A stretch of 64,000 nt of DNA. Origin: Dudresnaya verticillata. Lineage: Eukaryota. The stretch is taken from NCBI GenBank assembly GCA_977862235.1, contig OZ374563.1, forward strand, positions 1,736,001 through 1,800,000, written 5' to 3'. The notes under the pieces are model-generated. The model did not search any database and was not told the DNA's origin. It was given only the letters and a program-made list of their open reading frames with translations. How positions within the stretch are numbered: position 1 is the stretch's first letter; every line of letters starts with the position of its first letter. The translations under genes were made by a program, and so were the position numbers. Shown in pieces: positions 1 through 9,159 of this stretch.

Positions 1-169
1 ATACTCCATTCCGGATAAAGAGTTTGATGACTTTCTGCGACAAGCCGGGGATCTGGAGGTGCGCAAGCGTGCCATCGAGGCTCGCGAGGAACGCCAGCAG
101 CCACTGAAAGACGCTGGATCTCCTCGCGACGCCAGTCCACAAAGCACACAAGGTATTTCCGTATACTGA
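1..169 (+). CDS. panB: 3' end of a further panB copy, cut by the window edge
   Basis: Identical to 10059-10227 (…YSIPDKEFDDFLRQAG…QGISVY*). Confidence 0.9.
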   Translation, partial: YSIPDKEFDDFLRQAGDLEVRKRAIEAREERQQPLKDAGSPRDASPQSTQGISVY

Positions 170-220
170 GTAGCTTGGAATCGGCACATGACAGTCGGTG
201 ATGAGGTTAAAACATCTGTG

Positions 221-1002
221 TTAAGGTCGTTCCCCTACGCCCCCACACATGTCATACACAGCCTGTGCTATTTGCAGGGCAATCTCATCTGCCTTGCCAC
301 CACTCCCGACAGGCGCCTCGGCGTACACTCGAACAATATCTTCTGTACCACTCGGCCGTACGAAAGCCCGACAGCCCTCTCCGGTAGAAATCTTCATGAC
401 AGCGTCGCGAAGTGCCCGCGGCTCCCTGACGAGACGGTCGCAGTCCTCCGTAGCGATCACACTCTTATCAGCAATACGCACCACGAGATTGCTACTGCAT
501 CTCTCGTCGTACAGCATAAGGCAATCCGCGAACGACATCCCTTCACTCGCGAGAATGCCCAGCACGAGCAGCAAGTCGGCCACGCCGTCGCCCACAGCCT
601 GGTTGGCCAGCTCACTCATCGCAAGCAGCAGGGACAGACTGAGTTTTTGCTCCGATTCGGCCGGCTCACCCCCCAGGCGATCCATCGCCGCGGACAGGGC
701 CGCGACGGCGTTGTCGCCGAACAAAATTGTGCCGTGTCCATTCGGTTCCCAATAAATACCTATATCAAACGTCCGCACGGCACGCTCCAGATGCTTGACG
801 CCTGTCTTCGCGATGACGACCTCCACGCCGGCGAGGGCGGACAAAAATTCTGTGGCAGCGCCGTTTGAGTACGCCGTCTGTGCAACAGCAACGGTGAGTC
901 CAGATACGGCGGCCTGCGTGAGATGTCTGGCCACAAACGACGAGACAAGCGCGGCAAAGCGGTCGCCGTCGGCCAACACGACATCCTGCCCCTTCGGGCG
1001 TG
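221..1002 (-). pseudogene. PGM3: 5'-truncated phosphoacetylglucosamine mutase (C-terminal half), copy 1
   Basis: Matches 30396-31177; keeps WEPNGHG and RPSGTE but lacks the catalytic TASHNP serine loop and the DGDADR metal loop; joined in frame to unrelated upstream sequence. Confidence 0.9.
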
Positions 1003-1797
1003 TAGACAGTTCTATTGTCTGCCGTGGTTGAGAGGTACCTTCAAGGTAGGCACGAAGTCGATAATAACATAGAAGCGTGCTTACGCGGAGATACAGTTGT
1101 AGCGTCTGCAGGAGTTGAGAGGTAGAAAGTGCGGAAAGGAGTGGGATCATCTGCTGCAACTCCAGAGCGAAAGGCGCAACCTGGGTAGAGATGATGCGTG
1201 CACCGGGGGGCCAGTCGCGCAGCTAATTGAAGGCAATTTCACACCATTCACGAAGTCTTTTTTTGAAGTCATGGGTGCCGACCAGCAATGAATGTGCGCA
1301 CGTAGGACGTCATTTTGATGAACGCGCTTCAGATGAAGTGTTCCAATTGTTCACACCTCCTCATGAAAAGGTAGACAAGGTGAAACTGAAAAGTTCCACC
1401 CTTCTGTTTCCAAATCACGTGCGTCTCCGTCATTGTTTCCAGCAAACTTGCTGCAGATCAGGCAGGAGTTTTCCTCCACATCAACTCGTTCGAGACAGGT
1501 CCTCTCCATCTCCTCGTCCCCGAGCTGTACTGTTGCTCCACACCTCCAAGTCGCGAAGCAAGACTCTTGCAGCATTCCATACCCGCAATTCTGCAAGACA
1601 ACGGCGATGTCGCTGTCCCAATTGCCAAATTAACGTCCATCTGCAGGAAAAATGGTAAGACAACAAGAGCATGTAAGGTGAGCTGTCACCGTTGGCAAGT
1701 CCTGCCAACTTGAAGGGAGAACCCAGTTTATACGTCAGCAGGCCATGAGGCCTTCGGTTCCGGATGTTCATTCCATGAAGGCTGAGCACCTGCACAC

Positions 1798-1804
1798 TAT
1801 ATAA
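1798..1804 (+). promoter_or_regulatory. Candidate TATA box for the 1950 ORF (also at +10058 and +20116)
   Basis: TATATAA ~150 bp upstream of the ATG, followed by a C/T-rich leader. Confidence 0.3.
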
Positions 1805-1949
1805 CGATTGAATTCAGACTTCGCTCCCCCGCCTTGCTTTCCTGCGCCTGCTATCCTCAGCACCTGGTTCTAACTCACGCCCGCCCTTTGCACCATTCCA
1901 TCTCGAATCTGAGCTGCTCAGCCCTAACATCAATCCTCTTCCAACTACC

Positions 1950-2795
1950 ATGGACTGCGGCGACTTTTACGAAGCCGGCTACGCCTGGCTCGTCGACAGC
2001 GACGCAATAGACTCCATCCGCCCGATGACCAAGTACGAGATCCTTCAGGAGAGCGCGTCGTGCTGGTTCCATGTCGAGACGGGCGCCGCCGCCGCGGGCG
2101 AGGGGCTCTGCCAGCTCCCGTGGCAGAAGAAGTTCACGTCCATCCACGGCAACGACATCCAGGGATGCCATGCTATGTTTGAGGAGGAGAAGAGGCGTGC
2201 CAGATACCCGGTGTACAAGTGCGCCATCTCCTACAAGCACCGTCTGGACAGGGGCGGAGATGTCCCAGTTCTGACCGACACACAATTGGGATACCTTAAG
2301 AAGCTCCTCCATCTCGTTAAACGTGATAACCAACATATTGGCAACCACAAGGCCACATACGCACTGTGGCTTGACGACGTGTACACGTTCAGGGTGCGGG
2401 ACAAGACCAGATCTAGTCGGTGGGTGAGTCATGGCCTCAAGCCGTACATGAGCAGCACCGTGCTGGCGCTCAACCATCCCGTCTATGCTTGCGGCGGCGG
2501 CAAGCTTGGGTTTTGGCTTTGTGCAGAGCAATGGCTCGGGCAGTCTAGCGGGACCAGGTTCTATCGTATCATGGGTGGGCAAGCGCACCATACAGAATAT
2601 AAACTTTCTAAACGCAGTGATCCTCTGGGCACGCTGGCGCTTCTTGTTAAGCTTGCTAGACAGCATGGCCGTCTGAGGCTGAACGATCCCCATGGGGCGG
2701 TAGAAGATTTCTTGAGAAGGCATACAAGGGAAAACGTGCCTATGGATAAAGGCATTCAGAGAGAGTTTCTGAGGTTTCTTGGAAAGGAGATATGA
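1950..2795 (+). CDS. Orphan 281-aa protein with HET/TIR-like motif series, copy 1
   Basis: ATG in ACC-ATG-G context, GC-rich 5' codons; motifs AISYKH (aa92-97), LWLDD (139-143), W-x3-G-x2-PY (158-166), FWLCAE (188-193). Coding status fairly secure, domain call by eye only. Confidence 0.65.
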   Translation: MDCGDFYEAGYAWLVDSDAIDSIRPMTKYEILQESASCWFHVETGAAAAGEGLCQLPWQKKFTSIHGNDIQGCHAMFEEEKRRARYPVYKCAISYKHRLDRGGDVPVLTDTQLGYLKKLLHLVKRDNQHIGNHKATYALWLDDVYTFRVRDKTRSSRWVSHGLKPYMSSTVLALNHPVYACGGGKLGFWLCAEQWLGQSSGTRFYRIMGGQAHHTEYKLSKRSDPLGTLALLVKLARQHGRLRLNDPHGAVEDFLRRHTRENVPMDKGIQREFLRFLGKEI

Positions 2796-3522
2796 GATGG
2801 GAGGGAAACTCTTGGATGTAGACGGCTTGTAATGGTGGTTATTCAGTTTTGGGATGCTGCAACTGTATCCGTCTCAGTAAAGCGTTCGTTTCTATGTGAT
2901 ATAGACCACCGTTTGCATCGTCGAAGATTGAAAGCATTGGTATCAAAGGTTGCCCTTCATCACACAAGATTTCTTATAGTTGCAAGCAGCTGGGGGTACT
3001 GAAGGCGAGATTGAAATGAGGCAGACTGTCGTTCTCATCCGCCCAATGTGTACGAGCGAAGAGACATGCAATGCGCCTTGTACAAGGTAAGGCAATGGAT
3101 TTTCTAAGCCGCTTGCTGGCCTCCCGTTGGGGAAAAATGCACGACGGGCACGTGAGGATCAAGCCGGGTGGGGAAGAAGCGTTCACGACAGCAACAGTGT
3201 TGATGTCAACAGACCGATCACAGCTCATGCACTGAGATTCTTGCGACCAGCGGCCCAATGACAGCAATTTCAGCTCTCCCATGACATTTCCGCGACATTT
3301 CCATGATTTGCACTGTCGCAGAGCAGGTTAGCGAGACTTCGCCATCATCTATCATTTTCATACCTTCTGTAGGGCACACCACAATTTTTCGCTCATTGCT
3401 TGCACCGCTTCTGAGTTTCAATGAGTTCCGTAGCAAACTTCTTCTTAAGAAGGTAGGAAAAGAAGAAATAAATTGAAACTCTCCGAAGATGTGGAATTCA
3501 AAGCGTAACTTTCATTTCAGAG

Positions 3523-3849
3523 TGTAGACTGCAGTCGGCAGTCGGCCTCTCCTAACAACTGCATTTTGCTGAGGGCAATATCTAGTTTTGTTTTAGACTC
3601 TCACGTTGTGTTGAGGTCTGACTACATCATTTGGTTCTTGTTTTAACGATAGAGGACCCTCCTCTCCCGAGAGAGTCAATCCTCTCCGAGAAAAGAATCT
3701 ACTCTTGAACATCGAGTTTCCTTTACAAGCACTGTAGTATAAGTAGCGGCCAGCGTGCAGCTTTCCGAATAAAAAAGGGCATCAGACTCGACAAAGGAGC
3801 TGGTCGTTTACGCCACTGCTTCTGCTCAATGCTTCGCGGCGCGTGTAAA
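3523..3849. mobile_element. 327-bp solo-LTR-like insertion upstream of membrane gene A (also 13581-13907, 23639-23965)
   Basis: Absent from the paralogous site before gene B (TTTCAGAG|CCATTGTGGGG); flanked by AGAG(T) direct repeats; begins TGTA, ends TAAA; contains TATAA then AATAAA. Lacks the canonical terminal CA. Confidence 0.35.
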
Positions 3850-3893
3850 AGAGTCATTGTGGGGACCGCATTACATTACTTGCCAAGCCTTAA

Positions 3894-4976
3894 ATGGTTT
3901 TCATCCCAGTCCGTTCTTCCTGGGTTGGTTATTTTATCGAGTTTGTGTCGATATTCACCGAGCTGGCTCTCCTCAAGGGATTACTCAACTTGCGAGCCTA
4001 TTTCGAGTGCAAGGAGTTAGAGAAAGGGAATGATATTAGAATTAAAGCGCATCTGACTCGCGTCCGCATTATCAAGATATCTGCTCTGGTGCTATTTGTT
4101 TTTTCAGGAGGTTTGGTATCTGCTTATAATCAACCCAGGAAAGAAAAAATCAAGAGAACAGACCGTTGCATAAAAACGTCCTTTGGAATTTCTAAGAAGG
4201 ATGAAACTACCCTGTCAGAAATTATCTCCTATGGGTGCCTTACTGTTGAGAAAAACATCATTTATTTCAAGACGGGCAACTTTAGCTTGAGAAATGGTCA
4301 AGGTACTTGCAACAATGAGTTAGCGTTCAGTTTCCAGCTGGGCGAAGTAGTGAAAATTTCGAAAAGAGATGCTGGAGATGTTGAAGAAAAGTGCGGCGAT
4401 GGATCCTGTTCTCTGGTGGCTTGGAAAGATGGGCGATTGCTGGATTCTGGTTTGCAGCCGCCCCGTTTGACAGATGACGAACGTATATCTTTTTATCCCA
4501 CAAATGTTACAAAAGATATTAGTAACGACCTGCCTCGCTACGCCGAGAAGGCTTACAACCTGAATGCAGTTCCTGTGACTGACACTGTTGTTTTTAGAAG
4601 GAGGTTGCTGATCGGATGGGAGGAAGGTGAATGTCCGTTCGAGAGCGACAAGCGTGATGGTACAGACCTTCCCTTAGCAATCATCATAATCACTGGTGCA
4701 ATATGGACACTGACTATCGCCTTTTTCTTGGGAACACTGGTGTTGAAGCACAATTGCAACATCTTGTATGACCTCAATGATATCAAGAAAATTCTGACCA
4801 ACACAATTATTAATGGAGACATGAGTAGGACCTCGCCCGACGACGGAGTCATCTGTTTACAGGAGGACAGCACGTCCGGTACAAGAAGAGTTACCTATAC
4901 TACAGTAACTCAACGTCCAACAAAGGACCAAGAGGGAACCGCTTCTCTGCCTGACACGATAGACACGATGGCCTAA
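3894..4976 (+). CDS. Lineage-specific membrane protein A (360 aa; 2-3 hydrophobic segments, Cys-rich loop), copy 1
   Basis: Long ORF conserved in frame with paralog B (all indels are multiples of 3); hydrophobic segments ~aa10-31, 60-78, 262-285; six loop Cys; sequons NFS and NVT. Confidence 0.8.
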   Translation: MVFIPVRSSWVGYFIEFVSIFTELALLKGLLNLRAYFECKELEKGNDIRIKAHLTRVRIIKISALVLFVFSGGLVSAYNQPRKEKIKRTDRCIKTSFGISKKDETTLSEIISYGCLTVEKNIIYFKTGNFSLRNGQGTCNNELAFSFQLGEVVKISKRDAGDVEEKCGDGSCSLVAWKDGRLLDSGLQPPRLTDDERISFYPTNVTKDISNDLPRYAEKAYNLNAVPVTDTVVFRRRLLIGWEEGECPFESDKRDGTDLPLAIIIITGAIWTLTIAFFLGTLVLKHNCNILYDLNDIKKILTNTIINGDMSRTSPDDGVICLQEDSTSGTRRVTYTTVTQRPTKDQEGTASLPDTIDTMA

Positions 4977-5290
4977 GGGTGAGGAACGACCTCCATTTAT
5001 GTCTCTTCTTCGCTCGAAGTCGTTCCTGGGCATGAAGTCGATTGAAATACAGGGCGTGTGCTACACCTTTCTTTCGTCTTGCTTATGGAGCTCCGCAGCT
5101 GTCATCCAGCACATTGTGCAACCTATTTATCACGGACTAGTTGTATGACGGATTTCCACGTTCTGGGAGAGAGCCACGACGTGCTGCTACACCTTGCTAT
5201 TCCATGGCCTTTTCTATATCAAAATCGGTACACTTCTGGGTGCCGTTCATTGCAACCTTTTATTTAATGTAGTCGTTGATATGCTGCAGC

Positions 5291-5463
5291 GACGTGGACC
5301 CGTCGCAGAAGGTCAGGCGGCACGCCGCGGCGCACGGGTCCGGCGCCAGGTTGGGCGACAGCGCGCGCAGCTGCGGCGCGCGCGGCTTGGCGCTGCGCGC
5401 GGCGCGCAGCAGCGACATCAGCAGCAGGGCGGACAGCGGGTGCAGAGGGTGCGCGCGCGGCAT
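5291..5463 (-). pseudogene. 5' fragment of a signal-peptide-bearing gene truncated by module A (also 15349-15521, 25407-25579)
   Basis: GC-rich gene-start-like segment MPRAHPLHPLSALLLMSLLRAARSA…DPCAAACRLTFCDGST that runs into the AT-rich module A flank exactly at the duplication breakpoint and stops ~10 codons later. Confidence 0.5.
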
Positions 5464-6563
5464 GGCGGAGGGCGGGGCGAGGGCGACGGTGATTGCGCGG
5501 CGTGGCGATGGCGGGGGGGCGCGGGGCGCGGGGCGGTGGGGGGGAATGGTGACATAAGTAGGGGGAAACGGCTGGGAGCGGCGATGTGTGATCTCTCGTG
5601 GGGTGAGACTGTGACTCTGAGAGTGGTGGCGGGATGCGGCAGCGGCAGGAGGGATGGCGTGCTGCAGCGATAGATGCGGCTCCAACGTAACCGCAAATTG
5701 CGCGGGCAGTCTCGAGTGATATTGCGGAAAGTTGTGCGGTTCTTATGACTTCGCTAATGTGATGAACGTTACGAAGCGCTGTTGCGGCTCCCGTCGGGTG
5801 CGTATGTGATCACAGTACGGTAGACGCACTGCTACCTGTACGTCATGTACCTTTGAAGGTATAACACTATTATACTGCACAGGGCAGCTACAGCGGCTTC
5901 GCAGTCGCGTCTCCCAATATCTACGCGATGACACGCACAGCACTCCCACCTTCCTCCTTGCAACCGCCAGTCTTGCTCCTCGCTACTTGTTGTTTGCGTT
6001 ATCCAAAGAATAACAAGAAAAAAGCAAGTGGGACTAGACTACACTAGAATCAAGTGGGCCAAGTGCAAGTTGCCGAGACCGGTTTGCTTGTTGTAGTCCC
6101 CCCAGCTGTAGAGTGTGCATCAGTTCCAACCGAATATCAAACAGACCTTGACCCTTGCAAGGTATAGCAAAAAGTCGGATACGAAAATGTCGCCATTCTC
6201 GAAAACGCTCCGCGTGATTCGCACTTCCTCCATGTCCATCATTTCGAACACATTATTATGCAAACACTTGTTGTACTATCCAGGCATGTCCCAATGGCAG
6301 CAAACAAAGTCGCACTATCATTCCATCCCGGCCTCAGTAACACTTTGGCCTTGTGGTACCACCTTATTAACACCATCGAAAAAACTTCAGACGGGAACGA
6401 ATGTATTGGGCCCATCACTAGCAAACTGGCTTTGGGGCCTTTACATATTTGCAGCCCCAGCTCAGCAAGCCTTTCGCACCTCTTCATCATTTCAGCCCAC
6501 TTCCGTAGAGATTAGAGTATGTAATTCCCAGAAAACTCGGGGCAAGAATGTGGACTCCATATC

Positions 6564-8252
6564 GCAGGTTAACGAGACTTCGCCAGAGTCTATCATTTTC
6601 ATACCTTCTGTAGGGCACAGCACTATTTTTCGCCCATTGCTTGCATCGCTTCTGATTTTCAATGAGTTCCGTAGCAAACTTCTTCTTAAGAAGGCAGGAA
6701 AAGAAGGGGGGGAAATTAAACTCTCCGAAGATGTCGAATCCAACGCGTTCAGGAGCAGATACATAACCTGATTTCAGAGCCATTGTGGGGACCGCGTTAC
6801 ATTACTGGCGACGTCTGAAATGGTTTTCATCCCAGTCCGTTCTTCCTTGGTTGGTTATTTTATCGAGGGTGTTTCGATATTCACCGAGCTGGCTCTCCTC
6901 AAGGGATTACTCAACTTGCGAGCCTATTTCGAGTGCAAGGAGTTAGAGAAAGGGAAAGGTATTAGAATTAAAGCGCATCTGACTCGCGTCCGCGTCATCC
7001 AGATATCTGCTGTGGTGCTATTTATTGCCGCAGAAGGTTTGGTATCTGCTTTTAATCAACCCGGGAAAGAAAAAATCCCGAGAACAGACCGTTGCATAAA
7101 AACGTCCTTTGGAATTTCTAAGAAGGATGAAACTCCACTGTCAGAAATTGTCTCCTATGGGTGCCTTACTGTTGAGAAAAACATCATTTCTTTCAAGACG
7201 GGCAACTTTAGCTTGGAAAATGGTCAAGCTACTTGCAGCAATGAGACAGCGTTCAGTTTCAAACTCGGCGAAGTAGTGAAAATTTCGAAAAGAGATGCTG
7301 GAGATGTTGAAGAAAAGTGCGGCGATGAATCCTGTTCTCTGGTGGCTTGGAAAGATGGGCGATTGCTGTATTCTGGTGAGTACCCGAAGGATTTGATAAA
7401 TGACAAACCTATAGAATTTTATCCCACAAATGTTACAAAAGATATTAGTAACGACCTTCCTCGCTACGCCGAGAAGGCTCACAAACTGAATGCAGTTCCT
7501 GTGACTGACACTGTTGTTTTTAGAAGGAGGTTGCTGATCGGATGGGAGGAAGGTGAATGTCCGTTCGAGAGCGACAAGCGTGATGGCACAGACCTTCCCT
7601 TAGCAATCATCATAATCACTGGTGCAATATGGACATTGACTATCGCCTTTTTCTTGGGAACACTGCCGTTGAAGCGCAATATCTTCTTTGACTTAAATGA
7701 TAGGAAGAAAGTTCTGACCAACACAATTATTAATGGAGACATGAGTAGGGGCTCGCCCGACGATGGAATCATCCGTTTGCAGGGCAGCACGTCCGGTACA
7801 AGAAGAGTTACCATTACTACCGTAAATCAACGTCCAACAAGTCGTTCCAACCGTACTAGTCTGGGTGGCAGTTCGGTTGATACAAAGGACCAAGAGGGAA
7901 CCGCTTCTCTGCCTGACACGATAGACACGATGGCCTAAGGGTGAGGAACGACCTCCATTTATGTCTCTTCTTCGCTCGAAGTCGTTCCTGGGCATGAAGT
8001 CGATTGAAATACAGGGCGTGTGCTACGCCCTTCTTTCGTCTTGCTTATGGAGCTCCGCAGCTGTCATCCAGCACATTGTGCAACCTATTTATCACGGACT
8101 AGTTGTATGACGGATTTCCACGTTCTGGGAGAGAGCCACGACGTGCTGCTACACCTTGCTATTCCATGGCCTTTTCTACATCAAAATCGGTACACTTCTG
8201 GGTGCCGTTCATTGCAACCTTTTATTTAATGTAGTCGTTGATATGCTGCAGC
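6564..8252. repeat. Internal duplicated module B; paralogous to 3323-5290; present in every unit
   Basis: Same boundaries as module A, without the 327-bp insert. Confidence 0.9.
6820..7938 (+). CDS. Lineage-specific membrane protein B (372 aa), copy 1
   Basis: Paralog of 3894-4976 with the same Cys pattern and hydrophobic segments; 15-aa Ser/Thr-rich insertion in the C-tail. Confidence 0.8.
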   Translation: MVFIPVRSSLVGYFIEGVSIFTELALLKGLLNLRAYFECKELEKGKGIRIKAHLTRVRVIQISAVVLFIAAEGLVSAFNQPGKEKIPRTDRCIKTSFGISKKDETPLSEIVSYGCLTVEKNIISFKTGNFSLENGQATCSNETAFSFKLGEVVKISKRDAGDVEEKCGDESCSLVAWKDGRLLYSGEYPKDLINDKPIEFYPTNVTKDISNDLPRYAEKAHKLNAVPVTDTVVFRRRLLIGWEEGECPFESDKRDGTDLPLAIIIITGAIWTLTIAFFLGTLPLKRNIFFDLNDRKKVLTNTIINGDMSRGSPDDGIIRLQGSTSGTRRVTITTVNQRPTSRSNRTSLGGSSVDTKDQEGTASLPDTIDTMA

Positions 8253-9159
8253 TGAGGTCACTTTCCGGATCTCATTTCTTCTGCACTAACCTATAAATAC
8301 GTGTTCGGCATTCTATTCACAGCTTCCAGCAATCACTCCCAGAGGCAATAACAATAAGCGATGATTTCGATAGAATGAATAGGCAGAGCCTTAGAAGAGC
8401 ATTTGAATCTACGAGGAAAATCCTCAATAGCACAAATCTTGCGCAGCGCAACTGGTTATCAGCGGCAACTTTCTGCTTAGCTACATGCTGATACCACCTC
8501 TCCTTGGAGGGCTCCCAAGTAGCACAGCGCCTCCTCCGTGGTACCACTGGGGGAGCAGCAGGCACGTGATCGACAATAGAAGCGTGTTTGTTACATGGAG
8601 CTGGCGTCAGCCTGCATAGAAAACTTACTCTTCTCTTTCCGTGCAGTGACCTCTCATGTGGTCCACTCCGGTAGGACGAGCGTATGAAGCTCTTTCTCAG
8701 GAGAACACTAAAGTGCAGCGCAGGTGGCAAAAAGACTGTTGGCATCTTGTGGGCTGTGTTGTTCATCGTGTCGCGGGCGCAAAAAGGACAGGAGTCCAAT
8801 CCAAGAGTCTGACCGACGTTTGTCCAGGGACGCCACACCTGCGCACGCCCTGCTTTCGCTCTCACCATGAATGTCGCGAGATGCAAAAGTGTGTTCGTAT
8901 GCTCCCAGGAGGCACGTGCTGCGCACATTTTATTGGATGCTGCCCGTTTTGCTTTGAGATGGGCCCTCACCAAGCCATTTACGGCAATTTCACCTCCCAC
9001 ATCACAATTCCGTGATGTGCGCTGTCCAAGTCGAAGACCAAGTCACACCTTCCACACGAAACGCCGGGGGCACAAGACGGACGCCGTCGGTGAACCCGCT
9101 CGTCGCGGGCAACGGCGCAGCACAGCGCAACCCCAGCCCGACCTCGGCGCCTCTCCGCG

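Larger units (their letters stand above)
3323..5290. repeat. Internal duplicated module A (upstream block + membrane gene A + ~315-bp 3' flank); paralogous to 6564-8252; present in every unit
   Basis: Homology starts at GCAGGTTA (3323/6564) and ends at GATATGCTGCAGC (5290/8252). Confidence 0.9.

Noticed and set aside
188..868. Long antisense or overlapping ORFs (e.g. 188-868, 1875-2723, 35236-36258, 36696-38210, 54110-54955)
   Set aside because: Shadows of GC-rich real genes on the opposite strand with no independent motifs.
1800..1835. ATAAC…AATTCAGACT resembling the 3' conserved region of eukaryotic RNase P RNA
   Set aside because: Spacing is off and there is no matching GGAAGGTCTGA-type 5' P4 strand at a suitable distance; better read as promoter/leader of the 1950 ORF.
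8317..9000. 227-aa minus-strand ORF upstream of panB
   Set aside because: Non-ATG start, no motifs, and its end is frameshifted in the terminal unit.
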